From: Longimicrobiales bacterium
GTDB lineage: Bacteria; Gemmatimonadota; Gemmatimonadetes; Longimicrobiales; Gaopeijiaceae
Direction of reading: 5' to 3'
DNA length: 64,000 bases
Assembly: GCA_041690395.1 (NCBI GenBank)
Contig: JAWLHJ010000001.1
Span: forward strand, 1-64,000
The notes beneath the pieces were generated by a model. The model made no database searches. It had not been told where the DNA came from and saw only the letters and a list, made by a program, of their open reading frames with translations. Shown here in pieces: positions 47,137 through 58,987 of the stretch. How positions within the stretch are numbered: position 1 is the stretch's first letter; each line of letters starts with the position of its first letter. A program made the translations under genes and the position numbers.

Positions 47137-48066
47137 TCAAGACTGGTCCCTGGGCCAGGGCATCGCCAGGGAGGCGGGGGCCTGCGCCCGCCCCACCCAT
47201 CCCGCCAGAGCCGCCAGCGTGAGCAGGTACGGGAACGCGAGAAACAGCTGGTACGGGACGTCCAGCCCGAGCGCCTGCATGAGGAACTGGAGGGCGGACG
47301 CCGCTCCGAAGAGCAGAGCCGCGGCGAGCACGAGTACCGGATTCCATCGCCCCAACACCACGACCGCGATCGCGATGAAGCCGCGCCCCGCGCTCATGTT
47401 CTCGGAGAACGTGCCTGCGTGCGCGAGCGCCAGATGGGCGCCTGCCACCCCCGCGAGCGCGCCGCCGAACACCGTCGCGCAGAACCGGGTCCACCGGACC
47501 CGGACGCCGGCTGCGCACGCCGCGTCGGGATCCTCCCCCGCGGCGCGGAGCTCGAGCCCCCACTCGGTCCTGAAGATGAAGTACCAGAGCAGAGGTGCCA
47601 GGGCGTAGGCCAGATACGCCGTCGGCGCCTGTTCGAAGAGCGCTGTGCCGATCCACGGCAGCTCGGCCAGCACCGGCACCCGCACGGGCGGTAGCGTGGG
47701 CAGCGTGAGCGCCGTGCCGGTCGCGCCGAAGCGCGCCTGGTAGATCGCGCCCGTGAGGCCGAGGCCTCCGAGGGTGACCGCCGTCCCGGTGATGATCTGA
47801 TCCGTGCCGAGGCCGATCGCGAACGCAGCGAAGACGAACGCGACCGCGCCGCCCGCCACGGCCCCGAGCACGACCCCCGGCACCGCTCCTCCGAGCCAGA
47901 GCGCACCCAGCGCCCCCGCCAGGGCGCCCCCGATGATCGAGCCCTCGACGCCGATGTTGATCACCCCGCTCCGCTCGGCAACCGCCTCGCCCATCGCCGC
48001 GAGGGCGAGAGGTACGCCGAGGCGTACCGACGCCTCGAGGAAGAGCACCAGATCCGCGTCAGACAT
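47137..48066 (-). CDS. ABC transporter permease (nucleoside/sugar CUT2 type)
   Basis: ERSGVINIGVEG, GLELRAAGEDP.AA..AG, GRGFIAIA...GRW.P. Confidence 0.92.
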   Translation of the reverse strand: MSDADLVLFLEASVRLGVPLALAAMGEAVAERSGVINIGVEGSIIGGALAGALGALWLGGAVPGVVLGAVAGGAVAFVFAAFAIGLGTDQIITGTAVTLGGLGLTGAIYQARFGATGTALTLPTLPPVRVPVLAELPWIGTALFEQAPTAYLAYALAPLLWYFIFRTEWGLELRAAGEDPDAACAAGVRVRWTRFCATVFGGALAGVAGAHLALAHAGTFSENMSAGRGFIAIAVVVLGRWNPVLVLAAALLFGAASALQFLMQALGLDVPYQLFLAFPYLLTLAALAGWVGRAQAPASLAMPWPRDQS

Positions 48067-49230
48067 GACCACCCCCGGGCTCGGCCTCGCCGCTCGCGGC
48101 CTGGTCCGTCCCTCCGGAGCCTCCCGTCCCACTGGAGCCTTCCGGGCCGCCGGCGCTCGCCCGCCCACCCCCGGCCGCCGCAGGTACCAGCCCCACGCCC
48201 ACCCGTCGCACCCGGTCGAGCGCGATCACCGACAGGATGACGAGCGCCTGAACGAAGCTGACCCAGGTCGCCGGGACCCCAGCCTCTCGTTGCATGGCGC
48301 TTGCCCCCCCCTCCAGAGCACCGAACAGGGCACCGGTCGCGAGAACTCCGATCGGGCTCAGCCCGGCGAGGAGAGCAACGGCGATCGCCGTGTACCCCCA
48401 GCCGGGAGAGAGCCCCTCGTAGAGCGCGTAGGTCACCCCGGCGATCTCGACCCCGCCCGCCAATCCCGCGATCGCGCCGGACGACAGGAACGCACCCGTC
48501 CAGACCCGCTCGGAGTCGATCCTGCCGGCCACGCGGGCCGCCGTGGGGGAGGCTCCGACCGCCCGAATCCGGAAGCCTGCCCGCGTCTTCCTGAGCGTGA
48601 AGCTCAGCCCGAGCGCGACCACCACCGTGACCGCGAAGCCCCAGTGGAGCCGCGTGCCCGGCACCAGCACGCCGAGTCGCGCCACCTCCACGACCGCGTC
48701 CGTCTGGGGGAAGACGCCACGGGCTTCCTGCAACGGGCCGCGCACGACGTACGACGCCAGATGGAGCCCCACGAAGTTCATGAGGATCGTCGTGATCACC
48801 TCTCCGACGCCGAGCCGGACACGCATCAGCGCGGGCACGAGCGCCCAGAGCACCCCGCCGAGCGCGGCCGCTCCCAACACCGCGGGCAGGGCCAGGGCCG
48901 CCGGCCAGCCACCCACGTTCAATCCGACCCAGACGGCTGCGATCGCCCCGGCGTAGAGCTGCCCCTCCGCCCCGATGTTCCAGACCCCGGCACGGAACGC
49001 GATCGCGACGGCGAGCCCCGTGAGCATGAGCGGCACGGCTCGCACGAGGGTGACGGACAAGAGGACCTGCAGACTCCCGACGGAGCCGCGAGCCATCGCG
49101 CCCGCGGCCCCGGCCGGGTCGTACCCACCGAGCGCGAGGGACGCGGCCGCGACGGCGACGGTCGCCCCGACCGCTCCGAGCGCCACGCCGAAGGGTCCGC
49201 TCAGGAGTCTCGGCAGCGTCCCGCTCACGG

Positions 49231-49234
<4 letters not shown>
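48059..49234 (-). CDS. ABC transporter permease (nucleoside/sugar CUT2 type)
   Basis: PLMLTGLAVA.AFRAG.WNIG.EGQ, EVITTILMN, G.TAIAVALLA. Confidence 0.92.
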
Positions 49235-50795
<1,561 letters not shown>

Positions 50796-50799
<4 letters not shown>

Positions 50800-51815
50800 C
50801 GAGCGTCCGGCTCTCCCTCGACGAAGGGAACGCGTGGGACCTCGAGGTCGCCGGCCTCGATGCGGACACGCGCCTCGTCGATCGCGGCGCGCAGCTCGTC
50901 CGGAATCCGATCGAGGACCGCCGGATTCGGCACGAAGTCGACGACGCCCTCCGGGGATCCCGTGTAGATCGCTTCTCCCCCGATCTCACCGGCCTGCCAG
51001 CGTCGGGCCGTCTCGAGGAAGGCCTCCGGAATCCGGATGACCGCGCTCCCCAGGGTCACCTCCGGCGCGATGTCGTTCTGGTCCCGGTTCATGCCGAGCG
51101 CCCATACGGCGTCCCCGCCCGCGACCGCCTCGCGCACCGCCTGGAAGACCCCGAACGACGCGGCGTCCACGTTGTGGATCAGCACGTCGGCACCCCGCCC
51201 GATCTGAGCGACCGCGGCTTCCTTCGCGGCGGCCACGTCGTCCCAGTTGCCGACGAACGTTTCGAGCACCCTCACGTCCGGGTTCACGGCCCGGGCGCCC
51301 GCCTCGAACGCCCGGAACGTCCCCTGAACCGGCGGGATCTCGACGCCGCCCACCATCCCGACGACCCCGGTCCGGCTCATGCCGGCCGCCATCATCCCGG
51401 CCAGGTAGCTCCCCTGTTCGAGCCGGAAGATCAGCGGAATCACGTTGTCGGAGATGCGACCACCGCCGGACACGATGAACGTGGTCTCGGGGAAGAGCCC
51501 GCCGACGCGCAGAGCCGCGTCCTGATACTCGAAGCCGTGCGCGAAGACGAGGTCGTAACCGGTCGAAGCGTACGCCCGGAGCGCCTCGTCGAACTCGGCC
51601 GGCGTCCGCGTCTGCTGATGGCTCACGGATGCGCCGAGCGAGTCACGCAGCATGAGGAGCCCCTCGTACCCCCCGGCGTACCAACCCGCGTCGCTCACGG
51701 GTCCCGAGGTGAGGAGGGCGGCCTGGAAGGCACCCTCGTCGGCTTGCCGCCCATCGTCCCCGCCGCAGGCGAGCGAACCGAGCGCGATGACCAGGAGCGG
51801 GAGGATTCTACGCAT
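50796..51815 (-). CDS. BMP family substrate-binding lipoprotein (nucleoside-binding type)
   Basis: Lipobox SLAC. GPVSD.GW, GYDLVFAHGFEY, SYLAGMMAA, GADV. Confidence 0.9.
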
Positions 51816-51973
51816 GGTGGGCGCGAGGCGGATGGTCTTGTGAGAGGACGCGGCCCGCCCGGAGCGGCCCGGCGTTCGCGAATAGTCTAACAGGTCGCCG
51901 GCTGTTGGGAGCCCCCGGGCATCCCTATGTTCGTCCGCCATAATCCAGCACCGGATCGGGAGTGAGTGGAGAC

Positions 51974-53362
51974 ATGGAAGATCAGCGCGGACATTGGAGT
52001 TCGAGCGTCGGCTTCGTCCTCGCGGCCACCGGCAGCGCCATCGGGCTGGGGAACCTCTGGAAATTCCCCTTCATCACGTGGGAGAACGATGGGGGCGCGT
52101 TCGTCCTGATCTACCTCCTGTGCATCCTGGCGGTCGGCCTTCCCATCATGATGGCCGAGCTGCTCATCGGCCGGAAGACTCAGAAGAGCCCGGTGGGAGC
52201 CCTCAGGGCCGCGGTCGGCCCTCTCTGGGGCGTCGTCGGTGGTTGGGGCGTCCTCTGCGGGTTCATCCTCCTCTCCTACTACTCGGTCATCGCGGGCTGG
52301 TCGCTCTTCTACTTCACACGCTCCGTGGGATGGACCATGAACGGCTTCCCCATGGATCTCCCCATGGGCGAGCTGTTCAACGCCCAGGTCTCCAACGGCC
52401 TCCTCCAGCTCACGCTGTCCGCGCTGTTCATGGTGGCGACCGTGTCCATCGTCTACTTCGGCGTGCAGCGCGGCATCGAGCGGATCGCGCGCATCTTTCT
52501 GCCGATCCTCTTCGTCATCCTCCTTCTCCTCCTGGTCAGCGCGCTCGGCATGGAAGGCTCCGGCCAGGCGCTGTCCTTCATCTTCGTGCCGGACTTCGGG
52601 GCACTCGAGCCGGCCGGGCTACTCGAGGCCGTCGGTCACTCCTTTTTCACGCTGTCCCTCGGCATGGGCGCGATGATCACGTATGGCTCCTACCTCGACC
52701 GCAACCAGTCGGTCGTGAAGGCCTCCGCCGTGATCGTGGCCCTCGACACGGTCATCGCGATCGTCGCCACGGTCATCATGTTCTCGGTGATCTTCAGCGT
52801 GGCGGGCATGACCGAGCAGGTGAGCGGCTCGACCGTCGGAATGCTCTTCATCTCGCTTCCGCAGCTCTTCTACACGGAAGTGCCCTTCGGCACCCTTCTC
52901 GGCCCCCTCTTCTACGTCCTCGTGGCGCTCGCCGCGCTCACGTCGACCATCTCGCTGCTGGAGGTCGTGGCCAGCTACGTGATCGACGAGCACGGCGTGG
53001 GCCGCCACAAGGCAACCATCGCGTGCGGCGCGGCCGTCTTCGTTCTCACGATCCTGTCGGCGCTTTCGTTCGGCGCGGCCTCCGGCCTCTCGACCTTCGA
53101 GATCTTCGCCGGCAAGCCCGGCTGGTTCTCCACCGCGGATCACTTCGTCTCGAACTGGATGCTGCCGACAGGAGGCTTCGCCACCGCCATCGCCGCCGGA
53201 TGGATCATGGCCAAGGAGGCGACCCGGGGGGAGCTCGAGGACGGTACGGAACCCGGCTGGTTCAAGTTCGGAGTCTGGCACTTCTTCATCCGCTTCATCG
53301 CGCCGGCCGCGGTCGCCGCGATCATCATCGCGGTCGCGTTCTTCTCGGTGGACTTCAGCTGA
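51974..53362 (+). CDS. sodium-dependent transporter, NSS/SNF (LeuT-like) family
   Basis: W.S..GFVLAA.GSAIGLGNLWKFP, GGAF...Y, FFTLSLGMGAMITYGSY. Confidence 0.93.
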   Translation: MEDQRGHWSSSVGFVLAATGSAIGLGNLWKFPFITWENDGGAFVLIYLLCILAVGLPIMMAELLIGRKTQKSPVGALRAAVGPLWGVVGGWGVLCGFILLSYYSVIAGWSLFYFTRSVGWTMNGFPMDLPMGELFNAQVSNGLLQLTLSALFMVATVSIVYFGVQRGIERIARIFLPILFVILLLLLVSALGMEGSGQALSFIFVPDFGALEPAGLLEAVGHSFFTLSLGMGAMITYGSYLDRNQSVVKASAVIVALDTVIAIVATVIMFSVIFSVAGMTEQVSGSTVGMLFISLPQLFYTEVPFGTLLGPLFYVLVALAALTSTISLLEVVASYVIDEHGVGRHKATIACGAAVFVLTILSALSFGAASGLSTFEIFAGKPGWFSTADHFVSNWMLPTGGFATAIAAGWIMAKEATRGELEDGTEPGWFKFGVWHFFIRFIAPAAVAAIIIAVAFFSVDFS

Positions 53363-53968
53363 TCAGCGCGTCGCCAGACCCGAGAGCAGGGCCTCCGCCG
53401 CCTTCGTGAAGTCGCGCACGTCGAAGCACTGAGGGTCGATCACCGACTGCACCGCCGAACCCTTGATGAAGGCCACGACGACGGCACAGAGGCCCTCCGT
53501 CGACACGCCCGCAAAACGATCGGGGTCGGCCTCCACGACGGCGGCCACCATGGGGTGGAACGCCTTCCGGTACCGCTCCAGCTCCGCTCGCATCCGGGCC
53601 CGGATCCGCGGCTGGCGGGTGCCCAGGAGCCAGAAGTCGAAGAACAGGTGAATGGCCTGACGGTCGCTGGTCAGCCGCCGCATCTCCTGCCGAAGCAGCG
53701 TGAGCAGCCGCTCCAACGGAGGTGTGACCCGAACGATGTCCGGACCGACCTCGAACGCCGCCGTCCGGTCCAGGAGCCGATCGAGCAGGGCCGCCAGCAG
53801 CCGCGCCTTCGACTTGAAGTGGAAGTGCACCAGCCCGTGACTGAGCCCCGCTTCCGTCGCCACGCCTCTGACGGTGAGCCGCTCCAACCCGTCCCGTAGA
53901 GCGACGACGAGCGCCGCCTCCAGGATCTGCTCCTTCCTCTCGTCTTCGCCCGCCTTCGCTCCCGGCAC
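53363..53968 (-). CDS. TetR family regulator (BetI-like)
   Basis: GGAGG RBS before GTG 53968. HTH LTVRGVATEAGLSHGLVHFHFKSK. Confidence 0.88.
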   Translation of the reverse strand: MPGAKAGEDERKEQILEAALVVALRDGLERLTVRGVATEAGLSHGLVHFHFKSKARLLAALLDRLLDRTAAFEVGPDIVRVTPPLERLLTLLRQEMRRLTSDRQAIHLFFDFWLLGTRQPRIRARMRAELERYRKAFHPMVAAVVEADPDRFAGVSTEGLCAVVVAFIKGSAVQSVIDPQCFDVRDFTKAAEALLSGLATR

Positions 53969-53977
53969 CCGACCTCC

Positions 53978-54034
53978 ATTGACCAAGCGTCCAATATTTA
54001 CCATCGTAAACTCGTATTGACCGACGGGTCAATA
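53978..54034. promoter_or_regulatory. two palindromic operators in the TetR/SulP divergent promoter
   Basis: ATTGACC-AAGC-GTCCAAT (53978-53995) and perfect TATTGACC-GACG-GGTCAATA (54015-54034). Confidence 0.75.
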
Positions 54035-54066
54035 TCTCTCAGCCGCCCGACCCGATCCACCCGATC

Positions 54067-55743
54067 ATGCTCACGCCCAAGCTCCTCACGACCCTGCGCT
54101 CCTACGACCGCGTTCAGTTCGGGGCGGACATCAAGGCGGGGGTCATCGTGGGCGTCGTGGCGTTGCCGCTGGCCATCGCCTTCGCCATCGCCAGCGGAGT
54201 CTCACCGGACCGGGGGCTCTACACCGCCATCATCGGCGGCTTCCTGATCAGCGCGCTCGGCGGCTCGCGCGTGCAGATCGGGGGTCCCACCGGGGCCTTC
54301 GTCGTGATCGTGTACGGCATCGTGCAGCAACACGGCATCGACGGTCTGATCGTGGCAACGATCATGGCCGGCATCATGCTCGTCGGGCTCGGCGTGGCTC
54401 GGCTCGGGAGCGCCATCAAGTTCATTCCGCACCCCGTCGTGACCGGCTTCACGAGCGGGATCGCGCTCATCATCTTCTCGAGTCAGGTCAAGGATCTGCT
54501 CGGCCTCCGCATGGGGCCCGTTCCCGCCGAGTTCCTCGACCAGTGGCGCGCCTACGGCGAGCACATCGGTAGCTACAATCCCTCCGCGATCGCCCTGTCC
54601 GCGGCCGCCCTCGTCACGCTCCTCGCGTGGCCGCGCGTGAGCCGCCGCGTACCCGCTCCCCTCGTGAGCCTGGTGCTCGTCACGGTGATGGCTCGTGTGC
54701 TCGAGCTCGACGTCGAGACGCTCGGCAGCCGCTTCGGTGAGATCTCGGCCAGCGTTCCCACGCCGTCGCTCCCCAGCGTGGACCTGGCCATGGTTACCGA
54801 ACTCATCGGACCGGCGTTCACGATCGCACTGCTCGGCGGCATCGAGTCGCTTCTGTCCGCCGTCGTGGCGGACGGGATGATCGGCGGACGGCACCGATCG
54901 AACATGGAGCTGGTCGGCCAGGGCGTCGCGAACATCGTCACCCCCCTCTTCGGTGGCATCCCCGCCACCGGGGCCATCGCGCGCACCGCGACGAACGTGA
55001 AGAGCGGCGGGCGCACGCCGGTCGCCGGTATGATCCATGCCCTCACGCTCCTGATCATCACGCTGTTCTTCGGCCGGTGGGTCGCGTACATCCCGTTCGC
55101 CGCCCTGGCCGCCATCCTGCTGGTCGTGTCGTACCACATGAGCGAGTGGCGGGCGTTCAAGGCGGAGTTCACGGCGCCGAAGAGCGACGTGCTCGTGATG
55201 CTGACCACGTTCACGCTCACGGTGACCGTGGGGCTCACGTTGGCCATCCAGGTGGGGCTCGTCCTGGCCGCGCTCCTCTTCATGAAACGCATGGCCGAGG
55301 TCACCAACATCCAGGCGGTCACGCGGGAGCTTCGCGACAACGGCGACACGTACGCCACCGACACGAACGCCACGCGCACCAGGCACATCCCGGACGGGGT
55401 CGAGGTCTTCGAGATCAACGGGCCCTTCTTCTTCGGCGCGGCGAGGGCCTTCAAGGAACACGTGGAGCAGGTCCTCGGGCGACCCCGCGTGCTGGTCCTT
55501 CGCATGCGGAACGTGCCGGCCGTGGATTCGACGGGGCTGCATGCCCTCTCGGAGGTCGTGCGCGCGAGTCGACGCGAAGGCACCCTCGTGGTCCTCGCCG
55601 ACGTCCATGCTCAACCCATGTTCGCCCTCGCGCAGTCGTACCTGGCTGACGAGATCGGGCAGGAGAACATCCTCGACAACCTCGACGATGCTCTCGCCCG
55701 AGCCGCCGCGCACCTGGAACCGTCGAGCTCGAGCACGGGTTAG
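54067..55743 (+). CDS. SulP family anion permease with STAS domain
   Basis: VALPLAIAFAIASG, QIGGPTGAF, ESLLSAVVADG, PATGAIART, STAS (GPFFFG, VP.VDSTG). Confidence 0.94.
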   Translation: MLTPKLLTTLRSYDRVQFGADIKAGVIVGVVALPLAIAFAIASGVSPDRGLYTAIIGGFLISALGGSRVQIGGPTGAFVVIVYGIVQQHGIDGLIVATIMAGIMLVGLGVARLGSAIKFIPHPVVTGFTSGIALIIFSSQVKDLLGLRMGPVPAEFLDQWRAYGEHIGSYNPSAIALSAAALVTLLAWPRVSRRVPAPLVSLVLVTVMARVLELDVETLGSRFGEISASVPTPSLPSVDLAMVTELIGPAFTIALLGGIESLLSAVVADGMIGGRHRSNMELVGQGVANIVTPLFGGIPATGAIARTATNVKSGGRTPVAGMIHALTLLIITLFFGRWVAYIPFAALAAILLVVSYHMSEWRAFKAEFTAPKSDVLVMLTTFTLTVTVGLTLAIQVGLVLAALLFMKRMAEVTNIQAVTRELRDNGDTYATDTNATRTRHIPDGVEVFEINGPFFFGAARAFKEHVEQVLGRPRVLVLRMRNVPAVDSTGLHALSEVVRASRREGTLVVLADVHAQPMFALAQSYLADEIGQENILDNLDDALARAAAHLEPSSSSTG

Positions 55744-55828
55744 AGGGACGGAGGGACCCGCGGGCTCACGACCTCCCACGACGGATACGGTCGGCGCGGC
55801 CCGCACGAACGATCGACGGATCGTCACG

Positions 55829-56758
55829 GTGTATCTGGCCACGGTATCACGCGTCGAAGGTCGGCGGGCGAGCCGCTCCCGCCGGTTCGCAAGGGCCGCG
55901 CTCGGCCTGTTCGGACTGCACGCGTGCCTGTTGTTCTTCCCGCCGATCCCGCCCGACGTGAAGGGGTCGCTGTGGTCCTACCTGCTCGCCGGGCTCGCGG
56001 TCGTTCTGGCCACGCTGGCCGTGCGTCCGCGCGTGGGTGGGTTGCTGGAGGGCTGGGTCTCCCTGGCCTCGACGACGAGGTGGACGCTCGGCCTGGGAAT
56101 GGCCGGTCTCCTCCTGGCGTCCGGCATGGCGCTGTGGGTCTTGTCGCCCGAAGCCTTCGTCCGCTGGTCCGATGACGAAGGCGTGTACCAACCCCTCACG
56201 ATGTTCTGGTACCTGTCCGGCGCCATGGTGCTGTTCGATACCGCCGGGAGGAGGTTCGGCGACGCGAGGCGGTCCCTCCGGCTCCTCGGCGCCGGCTTCG
56301 TGCTGCTCTTCCTCGAGGAGATCGACTATCTCGGGGTCTTCGGTGGGCTGATCGGTCGCGTCGATGGCGTGTACGTGGGCTCCGTGCACGACCTGATCAA
56401 CCTCGCCGTGAAAGGTGGCCTCGCTCCCGTAGGAGTCGCCGCGATCGCCGGCGCGTCGGTCCTCGGGCTCGTCCTGGCATGGCGAGGTCGGTATCTCCAG
56501 CTTCGGAAGCTCCTCTCGCCTTCGGCGAGCGCCTGGCTGTTGGGCGGAGCGGTCGTGATGGGCGCCGGCCAGCTCATGGACCTCGGGCGATGGGGATTCG
56601 GGGGTGGCCTCGCCATCTTCGAGGAGCTGATGGAGGTGACGGCGGCCACCCTCTGGCTGACGTTCGCGCTCGAGGTCGCAGCCCTCGAGCCGAGGAGGCG
56701 CACGGGCCCGGCAACGCGTGCTCGGACGCGACGAATTCACGCCTCGGGTGTAGATTGA
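55829..56758 (+). CDS. hypothetical multi-pass membrane protein
   Basis: About 8 hydrophobic segments with acidic motifs (FLEEID, FEELME). Start is uncertain. Confidence 0.65.
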   Translation: MYLATVSRVEGRRASRSRRFARAALGLFGLHACLLFFPPIPPDVKGSLWSYLLAGLAVVLATLAVRPRVGGLLEGWVSLASTTRWTLGLGMAGLLLASGMALWVLSPEAFVRWSDDEGVYQPLTMFWYLSGAMVLFDTAGRRFGDARRSLRLLGAGFVLLFLEEIDYLGVFGGLIGRVDGVYVGSVHDLINLAVKGGLAPVGVAAIAGASVLGLVLAWRGRYLQLRKLLSPSASAWLLGGAVVMGAGQLMDLGRWGFGGGLAIFEELMEVTAATLWLTFALEVAALEPRRRTGPATRARTRRIHASGVD

Positions 56759-56791
56759 GCGCTCACGAACACCCAGCACCGCAGAGAAGAC

Positions 56792-58885
56792 ATGATCAAG
56801 GATCTGCTCGAAAGACCGATCGAGAAGCGGCCGACGACCCTCCGTTTCGACGGACGTATCCTCTACCTGCTCGACGACACCGAGCTGCTCGAGGCCCAGC
56901 TGTACGAGGGCAAGAACCTCGAGCTCACGGACGAGCTGAAGGCGCGCCTTCGCGATCAGATCTCCACCGACGAGATCACGCCCGCCTACATCTGCTTCTT
57001 CTACGACGAGACGCTGGGCGACTTCCCGTACCTCGGGCTCCGCACGACGAACCGGAGCACCGGAGGGACCGACTACCCGGTCAAGCGGAACGCCGTCCGC
57101 AACGGCGGCTTCGTTTGCTCGGTGGCCGGAAAGCGCCGCGGCAAGGGAAGTAGCCGCGAGGCCAGCCCGTATGCCGAGCTCCACGCGGGGATCCAGGTCG
57201 TGGTCGCCGAGAGCATCGAGCGGATCTACAACGAGAACTGCCAGAACCTCGGGGTCCTGACCACCGACGACTTCGGCATCATCGACCGCATCGAGGCCGG
57301 CGAGGAGATCCAGCTCGAGGAGTTCACGCGCGGGAAGGACGAGATCACCCGCCAGATCATCGAGTACGGCGGCCTCTTCGAGTTCAACGTGGCTCGACTG
57401 CAGGGCAAGGTGACCATCCCGGTCACGTCTGCGCTCGCGTCCGGCGCACCCGAGCGGCGTCCGATGACCCTCGGCGAGAAGATCTTCGCGAAGCACCTCG
57501 TCACCGACGCGTCGAAGGGCGAGATCGGAGTGCCCTGGGTGAAGCCCGGAGACGCCGGCTTCTTCCGCACGGACATCCGCTTCAGCCACGAATACGTGAC
57601 GCCGATGGCCTCGATCTTCTTCGAGGAGAAGGTCGGAGAGGACGCCAAGGTGGTGGACAAGGACTCCATCCTCTTCTTCCGGGATCACCTCACCTTCCTG
57701 TCGAAGGTCATGAGCCAGGAGCGCATCGAGGACGGGCTCCTGGACGTGGCCAACGAGCTCGAGGTGAAGCAGCGCACGTTCGCGGAGAAGCAGGGTGTGA
57801 AGTTGTACGGCGAACAGATGGGCCGTCAGCTCGGCTCGCAGGCGATCTGCCATTCGAAGATCCTCGAGGAGTACGCCGAGCCCGGCATGCTCGTCATCGG
57901 GACCGACTCCCACACGCCGCACGCGGGTGCCATCGGCGCCGTGGCGTTCGGGGTCGGCACGACGGCGATCTTCAACTCGTGGATCACCAAGGACGTGCGC
58001 GTCCAGGTACCGCAGTCGTTCAAGGTGGTCATCGACGGCACGCCGGCCCCGAACGTGACCGCGAAGGATTACATGCTCGAGATCCTTCGCCATCCCTACA
58101 TCCGGGACGGCCACGCCATCGGGCAGATCATCGAATACGCGGGTCCGGCCGTCGAAGCGCTCTCCGTCGACGAGCGCGCGACCATGACCAACATGGCCGC
58201 CGAGGTCGGGGCGTTCACCGGGGTCATCGCCGCGGACGAGAAGTCGGTGGAGTTCATGGTGAACGAGCGCGGCATGGATCGCGCCCGCGCCCAGGAGCTC
58301 ATCCAGGGGATCCAGAGCGATCCCGACGCGGAGTACGTGAAGGTCATCGAGATCGACGCGTCGAAGATCCGGCCCATGGCCGCGCTCCCGAACGATCCCG
58401 GGAACGGCGTGTTCCTGGACGAGCTCGAGGGGCAGAAGATCCGCATCGACATCGCCTACGCGGGGTCGTGCACGGCCGGGAAGAAGGACGACATGGACAT
58501 GTACGCCCGCGTGCTGGCGGAAGCGCACGAACAGGGCCTCAAGGTCCACCCCGACGTCAAGCTCTTCATCCAGTGCGGCTCCATCGAAGTCAGGGAGTAC
58601 TGCCGCGAGAAGGGTTACATGGATCTGTTCGAGCGGATGGGCGCCGAATTCATCGAGCCGGGGTGTGGGGCGTGTATCGCGGCCGGCCCAGGTGTAACAA
58701 GCTCGCCGGACGACGTGTCGATCTCCTCGCAGAATCGGAACTTCCCCGGCCGCTCGGGCCCCGGGCAGCTGTACCTCGGGTCGCCCTACTCGGTCGCCGC
58801 CAGCGCGGTGGCGGGCTACGTGACGAGCTGGTCCCAGGGCCAGAAGTTCGATCCCGTCGAGCCGAGGAAGCTGGCTACGGTCTGA
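56792..58885 (+). CDS. aconitase-family hydro-lyase with the swivel (LeuD-like) domain fused N-terminal to the large (LeuC-like) domain
   Basis: ISTDEITP, G.GSSRE and YGGL in the N-terminal part. MTLGEKI, DSHT, NMAAE.GA, GSCT, CGAC and NRNFPGR follow. Confidence 0.9.
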   Translation: MIKDLLERPIEKRPTTLRFDGRILYLLDDTELLEAQLYEGKNLELTDELKARLRDQISTDEITPAYICFFYDETLGDFPYLGLRTTNRSTGGTDYPVKRNAVRNGGFVCSVAGKRRGKGSSREASPYAELHAGIQVVVAESIERIYNENCQNLGVLTTDDFGIIDRIEAGEEIQLEEFTRGKDEITRQIIEYGGLFEFNVARLQGKVTIPVTSALASGAPERRPMTLGEKIFAKHLVTDASKGEIGVPWVKPGDAGFFRTDIRFSHEYVTPMASIFFEEKVGEDAKVVDKDSILFFRDHLTFLSKVMSQERIEDGLLDVANELEVKQRTFAEKQGVKLYGEQMGRQLGSQAICHSKILEEYAEPGMLVIGTDSHTPHAGAIGAVAFGVGTTAIFNSWITKDVRVQVPQSFKVVIDGTPAPNVTAKDYMLEILRHPYIRDGHAIGQIIEYAGPAVEALSVDERATMTNMAAEVGAFTGVIAADEKSVEFMVNERGMDRARAQELIQGIQSDPDAEYVKVIEIDASKIRPMAALPNDPGNGVFLDELEGQKIRIDIAYAGSCTAGKKDDMDMYARVLAEAHEQGLKVHPDVKLFIQCGSIEVREYCREKGYMDLFERMGAEFIEPGCGACIAAGPGVTSSPDDVSISSQNRNFPGRSGPGQLYLGSPYSVAASAVAGYVTSWSQGQKFDPVEPRKLATV

Positions 58886-58987
58886 CCGGGTGACGCCTGC
58901 GGGGCCGTCACCCGGCGGCCCGGGCACTCATCGCACGAATTGAATGTTCCGGGGCCCTCGGGCTCCCGGACCCGACATAAGGCATCC

